Positions 25,803 to 40,400 of a stretch of 64,000 bases of DNA are shown here, one piece after another. The translations under genes and the position numbers were made by a program. Origin of the DNA: Amphiscolops sp. MND2022 (taxonomy: Eukaryota). Within the stretch, counting starts at the first letter, position 1. Each line of letters begins with the position of its first letter. The stretch lies in contig OZ076409.1 of NCBI GenBank assembly GCA_964187785.1, positions 24,926,001 to 24,990,000 on the forward strand, given 5' to 3'. Under the pieces are notes generated by a model. That model saw only the letters and a list, made by a program, of their open reading frames with translations. It made no database searches and was not told the origin of the DNA.

Positions 25803-27133
25803 ACGTTTAAGATAAAAGATCTTTTCTAAATTGAGGTGAAAATTGTAGTTGCATCTGATTGGCTCAACATAAGCCAATTAATTCAATGCATTGCGGTGAT
25901 AGAACAATCAAGAATCAACTTTAAAAGAACACTAAGACTGATCATAACCAATTTTTTTTTCAAAATTGTCCGGACCTATAGAAAATACATTTTTTATAAA
26001 TTCAAGAAATCTTTCGGAAAATTGTTTTATTTGTTTATAAATGTAGAAAGTGATACAGTTTTCGAAGAAATGAAAAAAATCAATCGGATCCATTTTCTCA
26101 AGAGTAAATAAATTCAGCTTAATAATAACAAATTATTCAGAATTTTAAATTCGGAACACCATTTGTCAGGACACCGAGGTTGGACCACAACTTTGTTCAA
26201 TTGTATTCCCTACCTAAATGTCTAGTAAAATTGATTTTTTTAAATTTTATTCAGTGTAGTTTGAGCACGCAAATTGTCTGACTGGATTTGCTAGAAATAA
26301 TTACGGAATTTGCTTCAGAACGCAATTTTGAGGTTTATCTGGGCCATTTATTATACATCCTTTTTACGTGCTCCAAAAACTCTGACGAAAACACGTTACT
26401 TTTGATTTTAAAAACTGTACAAGGTTATCATCTACAAACGGATTTTTTTTAATAATTGAAACATTCTAACAATTATTGTTCACATTTATTTAACAATAGC
26501 AACATCATTTTCTAGAGCTACCTTCAGTACAATCTAATTCTTTATACGTATCTGACAACTCTAAAGACCTGTTGTTCAAGAAGTTTGTGAAAAACGTCAG
26601 CGCTAACTGGGCGGGACGTTGGGGGGGTGTGGTTTAAATCAGAAAAGATCCTTTTTCGGTATTCCGTTTCGAGTTTTGTAGAAAGTTGTAGAATCAATTG
26701 GATCTTGTTTCTTTAGAGCCATAAAATCCCTTTAATACAAATCAATGTATAAGTCATCTGACCAATTCTAACAAAACGTTGCTCACGAATTTTTCAAAAA
26801 AATGTTTAAAAAAGCTTTCAATCGGAACATTTTTAGTGCTGATACCTATCTAACAATAATCATGAGGTGATAAACTGGTGTTGTTTGGCATCATAAAAAA
26901 TTCGTGAGCACTTCTGGAACTACTGTCCCACTGCATGGGTGTAAATGGCTTGCGGAAAACTGTTTCATGGGTTATTCTCAAGGACGAATGGCCCTTTTGG
27001 AAGCAATCTGCACATACCAAATAACCCACTTAATATCTTAATAGTAAAGGTGTATTTTGGCACTGATATTTACTTAGTGGCGTTATTTGTCCTGCGCAGT
27101 GTAATATTGAGTGTAGTTTGGCATTGCGTTTAC

Positions 27134-27160
27134 TTATTATTATTATTATTATTATTATTA
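27134..27160. repeat. (TTA)9 spacer between the two copies
   Basis: Directly visible. Confidence 0.98.
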
Positions 27161-30100
27161 TACAACGCAGTGCCAAATAACCCCGCAGTTGTAGTTTAGA
27201 ACATACCAAGTACCACCAGCTGAGGGGTTATTTGGGGTGTAGTTTGGCATGACCCTGAATCGCCACTTCCACGGGTCGTAGGAAAGCGAAATTTAGGGAA
27301 GCAGCTGAAAACCCTTAAAAACGACTTTTGCCAAAGTTTGAACAAAATTGATCGCGTAATTCCTTAATTATTAAGGTCCTTTTCCCAATACCAAATAACC
27401 CTTTTTCAGATAATCTCGAGGACAAACTACACCCTGAATTTTATTGCAATATTATGGCGCCTCAGCGTTAATTAGGCCAGTCAAGCCAATTACCACACAC
27501 AATATTGGTATCCAAGAAGATCTACGTAGTACCGTATTTATACTGCTTGAAGTTTTCCACCAACGCAAGAAACGCCAAATTACTCCTTTTTAGTACATTT
27601 TAGGTGAACAATACTTTGTTTAATTTCGCTTAAAATCCGTTTCCGTTTTCGTATCCGTAAGTCTGAGCAAGGTTGTGAAATAAGTTGAGAAAACGAAGTT
27701 ACATAAAAAGAGTAGATAGTTTATAGTAGATAGTGAATGGAAAAACAAATGAAATCAATAGGGTGCCATAATTTAATTCAAGGATAATTTTTCATGACCC
27801 GGCCGGGGGATTGAAATCTGGGGAGGGGGAGCGTGGTATGTCATGAGAGAAGCTCCTGATAAAATACTTTCCTCCATGGGTAACTTAGGGGGGGGTTGAT
27901 TAATTGAAGATTTAAAATGTTTGAAAAAAATAGTTGAAATTTCTAAAATGTGCTTCAAAAGTGTTGACAATTTCCATTTCAATTGAAACTATTTTTGTCT
28001 CTGGATCTTTCAAAATCAGTATGAAATTCTTTTGTAAAACTAATTGGAAATATAATTATTTCATGGGAATTAGGGGCAATCGCGACAATTTTCAAAGAAA
28101 TTATTATTCTAACTTTCAATGTTATACCGTCTAATGGGCAAAGGAAACAATGATGCAAAAAACAGAAAGACTTCTTGACGTTAGTCACGCGGAAGCAGAA
28201 ACAGACCCTTTGAGTTTACTAATCTGTAGATTTGTTAATATGATTAAATCTAACTTTAAAGGATTACGCGTGACCAAAAATATATCATTCCTAAATACGC
28301 GTGACAAACGTCAAAAATACATCTGTTGAAACTCCGTCAGACATATTTGCAAGGTAGGTATCATTCGATTTGCATTTGATTGCAGTGCCTATTCTGTGAT
28401 TCCAAAAAAACAACAAATACTGCTGTTACTCAATAAAAAAGAACACGGTCAAGTTTGATTGGGTGCAGCATTCGCCAATGATTTCACGTTTTAACCCCCC
28501 TAAAAACGAAAGCACATTTGGAAATGAAGTTGGTGAAATAATGTTCAGCTTAGTGTAACAAGTAATTGTTTTAATTCATTTTTAATCTTTTTGTACCAGT
28601 ATTTAAAACACCATCATTTACCTGTAAATAAATCTAAATCGGAAAGTAAGTAAGTTAGAACATTTCCGATGACGTCTTTGGCTACCGTATATTCCGGCGT
28701 ATAAGCCCCCCTCTAGTATAAGTACCCCTTCCCTTCCCAATTTTGAAAGGGAAACTGTTGATTTCAATCGTTTTCACTTTTCTGATACTAGATAGTAGAT
28801 TAGGAATAAAAGATTTAAAAATTTTCGAGATGAATGTGCTTTTATTGCAAAAACCAACCTCAATTTTGAATACCAGAGGACAAATAACTCCTATATTTAA
28901 TATCAGCGGACAAATAACCTCCTACATTAAAAACACCAGAGGACAGGTAACTCCAGTTTTTAAAATCAGAGGACATATAACCACCGCATTGAAAGTCAAA
29001 GGACAAATAACTCCAATATTTATTATCAGAGGACATTTTTTGAAGAAATGAACAATTGCGTTTTCTTATTGGCCGATAGTTCCACCAATTAAATTCCGTT
29101 CAGCTTGTCAGTCAATTGAAATGAAGATTATATGGGGACGTCACTAACGTTTTTGGACCGAAATTTCATCGCAAACGATGTCGACATATTTTTTAACGAA
29201 CTTTTTCGGGAGAAAACTGTTCCCGCGATTTGTTTAATTATATTTCCGCATCTTTCTAGGGGCCTTTGAATTATTTTGTTTGAATTCTACTGTTAATTTG
29301 CAACTTCATCCAGGTATTTAATTAAAATTAACTATTATGCGCGTCGAAAGTCCCACGGAATTTTTTTGATTTGAAATAGCTATTATCAAAAACTCAAAAA
29401 TAAAATGAAACTAGTTTGACCAAGTTTCCACTTAAAATAACAATGAGAAACAAGGTCGGGGGATGGACACATGGTCAAACAAAACAATCTTCAGAAACCA
29501 GTTTTTCTGAATCATCAGGCCCATTTATATTTTACATCTTTCATAAAAGGTCCAGAGAACTCGGACAAAAACTCGTTATTTTTGGTTTTAAAAATCGTTA
29601 TAGAGTGATGCACAACTAAATCAGGAAACAATCGGAACTTCATTCTCTAGAGTTAGCAGATTCAGTATAATATTACTGTATACGTATCATCTGACAACTC
29701 TAAAGAGATGTTGTTCAAGAGTTCTGTACAAAAATGTCAGCTTTTTCAACTCTTTAGCTAAAAACTCAGAACGCAATTTTACAGAGTTATCTGGAGCATT
29801 TATAACTAATATCGTTTATATGTGCTCCAAAAAACTCTGACGAAAACACGTTACTTTTGTTTTTAAAAAGTGGAATTGTTAAAAATTCTTTGAGAAAGAA
29901 CTCAATCGGAACAATTTTTTCTAGAGCTTTACCTGAACTTGTATAGTTTCCATATTCTATTCAAGCATCAGACAACTCCTGAGAAAAGATGTGATTTAAA
30001 ACGTTTCAAAAAATATACACTAACTAACCTTCAATGACATAGATGCAATGCCAATTCAATTTTTAGTGACATTCAAATAGAGACAATTTATATTCAACAA

Positions 30101-33011
30101 ATTGACTCCAGTTTCTGACCGGACTTTTGCAAGATGTTTACAAGTCAAATAAAGTGCGAACAAAGCTGCAACTTAATTATGTAATTAATGATCACACATC
30201 AATGCTAACAGCCAATCAAATTTCAGTGTTTCTATACTTGTTTATACGGTGTATTTGTTTTACATGTACTAACTGTAACTGCAACTCGAATTTAATTCCC
30301 CACCATTATACTGCTCCCCCTCGCTTTCCTTTTGATTTAGTTTTATAGATAGTTTTTCTAGTTTTTCCTAAAGATCAGTTAGTGAAAAAAAGATTGAGGA
30401 ATCACTTAGTTGAGAAACAAATTGTTGAAAGATTCCGAGTAATTAAAAATACATCAATTAAATCTGCATTAATTTAGCCAAACATGTTGTTAAACTGCCC
30501 TCTCTGTAACTTGAAATTTTCGCGTTTAAATTTGTTAAAAATTCATTTACACAATATCCATCATTGGTCGCTGTTGTCAATTTATGATCACGCTTTCAGG
30601 GATATCTTACTCAAATGTTTGTTTTGGAATTGTTCCGAAAAGTTTTCCACGAACAATTTTCTCAAAAAACCTAAAAAGAAATTTTGAAATAATATAAGAT
30701 ATCCCGCGTTGTAGTCGTGATTGCGAGATTTGTTGCGGTACCCATGCTGGTGATGAAAAAGACAAAAAGGATAAGGCAGTTCAGACGTCAAAAAAAGTTA
30801 AATTCAGTGAGAAAATTGAGGTGTTCCCTTGCAATGATATTAAAGTTACTGCAGAGGTACACGAAGAGTCGAACACTATTGCTCAAGATTCCTCGTTTCC
30901 ATTTATTGACGAAAAGTGAAATTGTTAATGAACTTCTTGTTATGAATTGTTCTTGTTTCTTTATGTTTTTATAATTTCAATCAATCTAAAGGAAAAATTT
31001 TAACGTGCTACTGATACATTTACACCATTTCAGATCAAGGCTTTTCAAATTATTTTATAGAATTGAATCAAATAACTCAAAAAACATAAAGTGCAGATGA
31101 CCGAATTTCACTTCAAACTCTAAACAAATGAATCAACTTTGTTAAAAGTGACTACTAATTATTCCACCTTAAATGATTTTCGAATTCTTTCTCAGTCGAT
31201 CAGGGGTCAACAGGGGTAATCCAAAATAATCAATGCTAATAACAAAGAATTTTCAATTCTATTAATGAATTTTTAAAAGTATTGTAGATATGCTGAAACA
31301 AACATTTTTCCCTTTCTTTTCTTGAGCAGTCAAAATCTGTTTGACAAGTTGTAAATCAAGTGCAAACAACGCTGCGGAGGCAGAATGCTTTTTTGACGTT
31401 AGTCACGCGAGAAGGCAAAAAGACTTTGTTACGTTAGTTGGTAAAACTTTATACAAATATAAATTAGTTGGTTTAATTCCAACATTCAATAACGTTTCTC
31501 TTCCGCGTGACAAACGTAAAAAATTAGTTGGTTTAGACATTTGAAAGTCATAAATCACTACGCTAAATACCAGAGGACAAATAACTCCATAATTCAAACA
31601 CCAGAGGACAGATAACTCCTCTGTTTTGTATCAGAGGACAAATAACACCAAATTTTAAAAACCAGAGAACAAATAACTCCTACGTTTAAGATAAAAGATC
31701 TTTTCTAAATTGAGGTGAAAATTGTAGTTGCATCTGATTGGCTCAACATAAGCCAATTAATTCAATGCATTGCGGTGATAGAACAATCAAGAATCAACTT
31801 TAAAAGAACACTAAGACTGATCATAACCAATTTTTTTTTTCAAAATTGTCCGGACCTATAGAAAATACATTTTTTATAAATTCATGAAATCTTTCGGAAA
31901 ATTGTTTTATTTGTTTATAAATGTAGAAAGTGATACAGTTTTCGAAGAAATGAAAAAAATCAATCGGATCCATTTTCTCAAGAGTAAATAAATTCAGCTT
32001 AATAATAACAAATTATTCAGAATTTTAAATTCGGAACACCATTTGTCAGGACACCGAGGTTGGACCACGACTTTGTTCAATTGTATTCCCTACCTAAATG
32101 TCTAGTAAAATTGATTTTTTAAAATTTTATTCAGTGTAGTTTGAGCACGCAAATTGTCTGACTGGATTTGCTAGAAATAATTACGGAATTTGCTTCAGAA
32201 CGCAATTTTGAGGTTTATCTGGGCCATTTATTATACATCCTTTTTACGTGCTCCAAAAACTCTGACGAAAACACGTTACTTTTGATTTTAAACTGTACAA
32301 GGTTATCATCTACAAACGGATTTTTTTTAATAATTGAAACATTCTAACAATTATTGTTCACATTAATTTAACAATAGCAACATCATTTTCTAGAGCTACC
32401 TTCAGTACAATCTAATTCTTTATACGTATCTGACAACTCTAAAGACCTGTTGTTCAAGAAGTTTGTGAAAAACGTCAGCGCTAACTGGGCGGGACGTTGG
32501 GGGGGTGTGGTTTAAATCAGAAAAGATCCTTTTTCGGTATTCCGTTTCGAGTTTTGTAGAAAGTTGTAGAATCAATTGGATCTTGTTTCTTTAGAGCCAT
32601 AAAATCCCTTTAATACAAATCAATGTATAAGTCATCTGACCAATTCTAACAAAACGTTGCTCACGAATTTTTCAAAAAAATGTTTAAAAAAGCTTTCAAT
32701 CGGAACATTTTTAGTGCTGATACCTATCTAACAATAATCATGAGGTGATAAACTGGTGTTGTTTGGCATCATAAAAAATTCGTGAGCACTTCTGGAACTA
32801 CTGTCCCACTGCATGGGTGTAAATGGCTTGCGGAAAACTGTTTCATGGGTTATTCTCAAGGACGAATGGCCCTTTTGGAAGCAATCTGCACATACCAAAT
32901 AACCCACTTAATATCTTAATAGTAAAGGTGTATTTTGGCACTGATATTTACTTAGTGGCGTTATTTGTCCTGCGCAGTGTAATATTGAGTGTAGTTTGGC
33001 ATTGCGTTTAC
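27161..33011. mobile_element. Unclassified 5.85-kb non-autonomous element, copy 2 (direct tandem)
   Basis: Colinear with copy 1; roughly a dozen substitutions or homopolymer differences seen by eye. Confidence 0.88.
30484..30687 (+). pseudogene. C2H2 zinc-finger gene fragment, copy 2
   Basis: Translation identical to 24605-24808. Confidence 0.6.

Positions 33012-33074
<63 letters not shown>
33012..33074. repeat. (TTA)21 microsatellite
   Basis: Directly visible. Confidence 0.98.
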
Positions 33075-33076
<2 letters not shown>

Positions 33077-36000
33077 ACTAAAAGAATATGACTTTGATCG
33101 TAATGCTGTGAAGGTGTCTAACACCAAAACTGGACTTGTTTCAATTTTCATTTTTCCTATAACTTTCTTGTTATTAGGATCATATAATTCATTAGATTTA
33201 TCTAATTCACTGAAATCAAATTCATCCTTGTTTTCTTGTAAAAAGTTTATTAGTCCTTGGTGGTTTGTATCAAAACTCAGAATAAAACTATCAGTGTCCA
33301 TGTAGTGTAGTTGTATGGATTGTTTCCAATATGGTTGTAATTTGTTATAATAAAATTCATACATTAATAGTTTTGATAGTTCTAAAACTGTAAAACCTAA
33401 ATAAATTGGTTTATCAAAGACCGTTTTTTCTTTATCAAACTAGTACACACTAAACTTAGAATAATGATCCACAATGCCTTTGAAACTTAATTTGGATTGT
33501 CTTTTCGTTATTTGATCTATTTGAGAATGATCAATGAATTCTAGATTGGTTCTATCTCTTACATTTTCCATTGTCTTACCAAAGAAAGCTTTGTTCATTA
33601 ATTTGTACAGGTCTTTTTCAAAGTTTGTTTTCGCTACTGTGCGTTTCTGAGTATTATGATCGATATATTTACCTAACCATGGACTTTTGATGTTGGTTTG
33701 TAATTAGGTTGATTCACATTATTCATATAAGCTGAGAATAAATCTGGATCTGCTTTTGTTTGATACGGACAAAAAGGAAAGTTTTTTGTTTTTTCTTTAA
33801 TTTCAGCTGGATATTCTAAATCACAATCTATAAAGAATCCATATTCATTATCATCAGGTACTTGTAATAAATCTTCTACTAATCTTCTTCTAGATTGTAA
33901 TTATCTGTGTAATCACACGGATTAAGAGGTAATATTTCGAATTCGCCAGTAGAAAGATATTGACTCATTGCCCATCCATATAGATTATTTGCATCGATAT
34001 ATAAGATTCGTTTATTTTCATCAGATTGCACGTGACGATCTCCCATTACACTTGAAATTCCTCCACGGATATTATTTTCACGTAGTAGTAATAATTCTTT
34101 ATCTTTTATAAAGTCTAACTTTATATTAGTCAACTTCAAACCTGCTTTCCATGTATAACCAGGTAGAGAGTAACTATACAAAGGATTAATTTTGTATTCT
34201 CGTGTAGAACTTTCCACAAAGTTTTCAAATACATCAGCTAATTGAAGAACATCCATTTTTAAGTATAACATAGTTAATTCTCTTCCATTTTTAATTTATT
34301 TTTATCAATTAATTCTTGGGTTCTTTTTATATCATCATCTGATGGATAAGATTGTGTTAATGTTGACCAATAATCTTCTTTGGTTAGATTTAATGGTTCC
34401 TGAAAGTTTTCAAGATTCAAGTATTCATATGGATAAGCTATTTTCTTTTTAAATAAATCATCACTCATTCCTTCCAATTTCATGATAGGAAAATTGTCTA
34501 AACTCTTAACTAATTTATCTAAACTGGAAGAAAGAAATCGGTATGAATCTAAGAATTTCAAACAACATACTTGTACACTAACATAATTTTCCAGTGATTT
34601 TGGAATTATCGTTGGATTATAATTTTGATTGTATGCTTCGGTTAAAAGTTCTTCAAATATAAGGTGACAACCATACCCAGAAAAGTTATGGAAAAATATA
34701 GGAACAAAACTTGATGACCTTTGTTTACAATTTATGTTACATATATTAAGAGCTGCTCCTCTGTATTTTCCTGTTAGATGATCATGATCTCTAACCTTAG
34801 TACACAAAGCGCCTTCGGTTTTATTGAGTGAATTTTCACAGAGCCAGCATATGGTGGATTGTTGAAATGATTCTTCTTCTTCAGGAGTTATTTGTAATTC
34901 TAAGTTTGTTTTGAAATATTTATTTGCTTCTAGTTCTAACTTTAACATTTCCTTTACAAACCACTTGGTACAATCTGTTCCAAAGTATGAGCTGTACTTG
35001 CTTTCAAATGGTGAAATTTTATAATATCCTACTGCAATTGGAATTTGTTTAAAAATTACTTTGGGGCCTTTTTGAGGTTGATTATTACATTCAAAATCAG
35101 CATATACTCTTATTGGTACAGGAACTTTCATATAATAATCTTCGAACTTTAACTGATCCTTCCAACTGAATGTGATTTTAGTTGGTTGCTGTTTTTGACA
35201 ACGATCTATATGATCAATTAGAACTGGTTGTGAACTAAATGCTGTTAAACATCTACTACATACATGTTTCATATGTGAGTCTTTTATTATTAAACAATGT
35301 AACTTTGTTATTAGGCAATAGTGATTTTGATACAGCAGCAATTCTATTTGTGGTTGTAAGTAATTTTTGTTAACGTGGATTGGTGTTAGTACAGTTCCAG
35401 TGAGTTCAAATACATTTAAACAGTCCGATATTTAAATTTTCAAACTTGGGATTATCTTTGACTTTCATAGGGAAATCTAAACCTTCTAGGTTGAATTTAT
35501 CAAAATGTTTCGAATAACTCGATGTTATATTTTTATTATCCTCAACAGGATATAAATATGCTAGGATACACCATAAAAAACAATATTGATCATTATTCTT
35601 TATATTTTTTATTGATTGGCTGTTTTTGTATTTTGGTGGTAACTCAATATATGAAGATGCTTGAATATCATTAACTTTATATATTTCTAATATAACTTCT
35701 TCTACTTCTTGAAATTGAAAACCTGATCCTTCCAATTGTTCATCATCTATTTTCTGCATTAATGTGTTATGAGTATCTTGTTGTGTGTGATTATATATTA
35801 GATCTGATTTTATCCATCTTTTAAATACTTCTTCTTCTCCATTGATTATTTTTGAAAATTTAGCCAGATAACTCAATTGATATTTATATCGGGGAAAATA
35901 ATTTTTACTAAGTAATTCATTTATGTTATGTTCAAGATTTTCAGTTGGATTTATTTTAAGTTTAATGTATGTATTTTCATTCATAATTATTTCTACTCCA

Positions 36001-36314
36001 TTACCGAAGCTGTTTTGTATATTGTTTTGTTGACGGTTTTGACGGTTTTGTAAATGAATTTCACTTTGGAAATGTCTTGTTTTATCAGATATATATCTAT
36101 GACAATCTTCACACCAAACACAACGTTGTTCGGTTTTATTTTTATGTTCATCTGAGTTTAGATGAGAACTTTTTTCTAATAAGGGCATATATGAATTACA
36201 TTTTTTACAATAATATTGATTTAATTTTTTTTGATGACCTATTGAATTTATATGATCGGATTTATAAAATTTTTTATAATTTGAATTACAAATAATACAA
36301 TTCTCCATTTCCAT
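33074..36314 (-). pseudogene. polB: Protein-primed family B DNA polymerase (pPolB), main part, several frameshifts/stops/deletions
   Basis: ExoI VYADFEC, ExoII FHNFSGY, FLDSYRF, ExoIII YLKMDV, motif A YIDANNLYG, motif B YKLMNKAFFGK (about 33580-33610), motif C YMDTDS; N-terminal zinc fingers, QYCFLWCILA, EndoVII-like CWLC..RDHDHLTG.YRG. Confidence 0.95.
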
Positions 36315-37704
36315 TTATTAAGAAAAAAAAAGTTTAATTAAAATTTTTCAATAAATATTTTTCAAAAATTGGTGAAAAGTATTTTTATTTGTGGTGTTAA
36401 GGTATTAAAATTTGCCACAGAGTTGAATGATAAATATTTCATTTAAGAAAATTTTTGAAATCTGAGATCAGAAACTCAAGACCTTTCCAATGATGTATCA
36501 CACATGGCAATATCTTAAACTTTTATAATCTCTACTTTTTTAAGGGTTTCAGGTTTGAGATGGTATAGTTTCAGTTGTCGGTGCCCGATCATGAAAATAT
36601 TCAAAATCTGTGATCTCCAACTCAAGACCATTCCAATGATGTATCATACACTGTGATATGTTGAACTTTTATAATCTCTACATGTTTAAGGGTTTCAGGT
36701 TTTTCGAAGTTTCAGTTGGTATACATTTGTACTAGGTTTTTGAATTGTATCTAGATAGATAGCCCTTGTCAAGACCTTTTCAATGGTATATTATACTTTG
36801 TTGTAACTCGAATATTCGTTGAGTTATGGCTTTTTTTCTGACCTATTAGTAATCTCTATATGTTTAAGAGTGAATGTCTGAATGGAAAAAGTTGCCACTT
36901 GAGTGCTTTTCAAGTGGTTTTTGATCCTTTATTCTTTTTCAAAATCACTTTTCTCGAAAACTATATTAGGTAGAAATTTGAAATTTTCAGGGTAGATTAC
37001 TTATGGCATGAGCTAATGATTAGAACCAAGACCGCCAACCTCCAACTATTACCATGGTAAGATGGTAAGTGGTATGCTTAAACATGTGGAGATTGGGTAT
37101 AGCAAAGAAAAAACCCAATTTTCACACTCGTTTTGACGCCTGGTAATCAATGGGTTAATTGTATAGCTCAGAAAAAAATGTGTGTACTTTTTGGTTATTG
37201 AAATAAATCGAGTATACATTTTACCACCCCCAAAACAATATATTACAAGTATTCCATCAAAGTCTCTTTGCCAGTTTCATTTCTTCGGCCATGCTGTTTG
37301 CTGTGACTGTAGAGAGAAAAGTGAAAAATGAAATTTTGGTGCTTTCCGAATGCACCTCAAGGTCAGACGACCGTCTGGTGCGTGAAATTCTGTTTGAAAT
37401 TTATATGGTGGTAATTTTTTTAACAGTTGTGGTGTCCACTTGTGCGCATCAGTGAATTTATCTATAATGAAAAATGTGTTCACCAATTTTTATATGTAAT
37501 TTTTTGATGAGTAAAAATGAAGAAAAAAACTCGTTTTCAATTTGGACACTTGTGTTTTCTACTTGAACGCATTTGGTAAGTATTCATTTTTTCTTCACGA
37601 TGTGGTAATAATTCTATTATACGTCGATGGAGGTTAGTTCAATTTTTGTTTGTGACAAATGTTTCTTTGGAAAATTTGTGCATCGATTTTTATTTTGTTA
37701 ATTT

Positions 37705-37898
37705 TTAGTTGCGAAAAAAGGCTGATTTTTAAATGGTTTGGTTGGTAATTTGTGAAAAAGATTCATTTTTTAATGGTTTTACGAACTTAAAATTTTTTTA
37801 TTTTTTAATAGTGAAAAAACACCAATTTTATCGATTTTTTTGAAAAAATGCTTAAATTTAGGGTTTTGATTGTCGGGATCGGGAATTCGCATACTATT
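37705..37898 (-). repeat. Right TIR of Polinton
   Basis: ...GATCGGGAATTCGCATACTATT followed by TSD TGTGAA. Confidence 0.95.
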
Positions 37899-39101
37899 TG
37901 TGAAGTCCTCAAAAACTCTACTAAGATGTGATGAAACTGAAAATTTCAACAGCTGAAAACAATCACAACTTTTGTTAAAGAAGCCAGTTTTCATTTTTAA
38001 TATGCCTGTACAACATTTCAGGCCTAAAAAAAACAACATACAAACAAAGATTTGTAAATATAAACTTACGAAAACATATCCATTGATTAACTATACAAAT
38101 TCACTTCCATGATTGGTAAATACACTAGCGTGGGCACTTTGCGCCAATAAAAAAATTAAAATAGGCTATCATTGACAACAAACATGCTCCACTAAGTTGT
38201 TACAACAGGATTACAAACAAAAATGAGGCCTACATGGCGTAAAACAGTGAAGGAGGGGCTGAAAAACCAAAAGTTTAAGTACTTCTCGAAAACCTCAAAA
38301 CATACCCAGAAAGCTGTTTTTCGAATACCAGACATAGGGTTTCCATACATGAATCGATAAATAAAGCTATGCAACACGCTGGTGTGGAACTTGGTGGCAA
38401 AAATTATCACTAGGTGTGGAGTTTCGGCATCCCAAAGGTACCAAATTTTGGGTTATTCACGAATATCAGTTTTCAGACTTTTTCAACGCCGGCCTTGTGT
38501 TTTTCTTGCGGTGGAACACACCGAACATCGTCAAACACACGGGACAACTTTTCCGTAGATCTACAAACAACTCCAAACTGGGTTAGGATAACACTAGATC
38601 GAGTTTGAACCACCTTTCTCAAAAGACATCTTATCACTCTTCCCCAAGCGGAAAAAACTCAGTTTTTTCACGATGATCAGTTATTCACACCACATCGTTC
38701 GTTTCAGCTGGATACTTTCTGTGTACCATTCTTGTCGGAAAGTGTGTACAGGAATGCTGTTTTTCAAGCATCTGGACCATATGCTGTACATATCGGCCTG
38801 AGCATCACAAAAGAATTTCTTGTGAGCCTGATGTCTCTGCGCACCTGGAAATATAATAGCAGAACTCGAGCAAAACATCGAGGCGAAACAAAACTTTCAA
38901 GGCTTCCGAATCCGTAGGGTCATTTGGTGAGCGGAGAGGGGTTGAAAACTCAATACTTGCTCAGTAAGGCAAAACAAAGTTGGTGAAAGAGCTTCGAAAG
39001 AGCTCCCAATTGTGGTTCTGCAGTAGGATTGAATTTATTGACGATTCGTTTTCGCGCGAAATCAGGATATCATCAACCTTCAATAATGGAGTAACTTAAC
39101 A

Positions 39102-39292
39102 CATTGATACATCGACCCATTGATATATGGACCCATTGATACATGGACCTTTTGATATATGGACTCATTGATATATGGACCCATTGATACATGGAACCTT
39201 TGATATATGGACCCATCGATATATGGACCCATTGATATATCAGCCTTACCCCATTTCGCCTTACCCCTTACTCATTTCAGCCTTACCCCACA
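39102..39292 (+). repeat. 16-bp tandem repeat (ATTGATATATGGACCC, about 8 units) followed by three GCCTTACCCC repeats
   Basis: Directly visible. Confidence 0.85.
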
Positions 39293-39629
39293 TAATAATT
39301 GTTCTGGAGAAGATTGCTTTCAAGGTTGTGCACGCAAAAGTATTGCATGAGCTCACCTTCAATCGACATGGTTCAAGGGCCATAGGTGCACAACTACTCA
39401 GCACTTTGAACTTTGTAACATTTTATAAAAAATCCTCCATGCAGGTTTTGTAAATTGTGTGTATTCTTTGGACATCCTTGAAGCATTTGACACAGTGGAC
39501 TATTGCAGCATTCTCTGCAAAATGGACCAATTTGGGTTCGAGGTCTTGTTATTCAAGTCATAATCACCTGATCGCACCCAAAAAATGATAAAAATTTTGT
39601 CCTATTATATTCGATCCGAATAACGAATA

Positions 39630-40400
39630 ACGTTCCACGGGTCAGCGTCCAGGCCCTCTTTAGTTTGTAATCTGCATTGACGACATGCTCTCTTTTCGTT
39701 GAATGCTATCTGTTTCTGCTATGCCTACAACACTGAAGTGATAGTTATTCCGCATGCAATTTCTGGATCAGCACAAGTTAAAACTAGGTTTCTGGAGTTA
39801 TTGACAATCTCCGAGTAGTTGAAAAACAATCCTGACGAATGCTGCTACCTCCTTTGCTTCAAATATCCACAGGAATCCTTTTCCTCAGACATCAAAAAGT
39901 CAAGGAGTCTGTAACTGTTGATGATTTTGGCCTGCTTGCGTCGAGGGATCTCAATTGGCGAAGTATTGCTTAAGAACACTAACAGACGTTTCTACTACTT
40001 GAGATATGGTGTGTCTGTTAGTTTTTCCTAAGGCGTGCCTTAGTGCCTTACCTTATTTTGGTTTACTGCTGTAATGCCTGGTTTCCGGCAATTGCTTTCA
40101 GAAGATGGACAATCTGTGTCACAAGTGTCTTATCTGGTTCTTCTGTCATCGCATGGTCTTATGACTATCTTGGTTCTGGTCCCGAAATTCCTGTCAATAG
40201 TATGTAGGCTCAGACAATTGACTTGCGTCTCCTCGTCCAAATAGTGTGGCAAACTCAGTACTCTTTTCAGGGATTGTTTCACAATTGAATCCCCACTTTT
40301 TCACTGCGAAATAGCAACGTTCTCGATTTGAAGGAGAGGATAAGAGTGAAAATATTGTTTCAGAAATCTTCGTCCACAGAAAAGTACGTTATGTGAAGGA
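39630..40400 (+). mobile_element. Highly degraded LINE RT fragment (CR1/L2-like); boundaries approximate
   Basis: Remnants resembling VPQGS.LGPLLF.I.I.DM (39632-39688), YADDTK (39720) and DLGL...DL.W (39922). Confidence 0.5.

Noticed and set aside
37130..37158. piggyBac-like end GGGTTAA
   Set aside because: No matching TTAACCC partner end found nearby.
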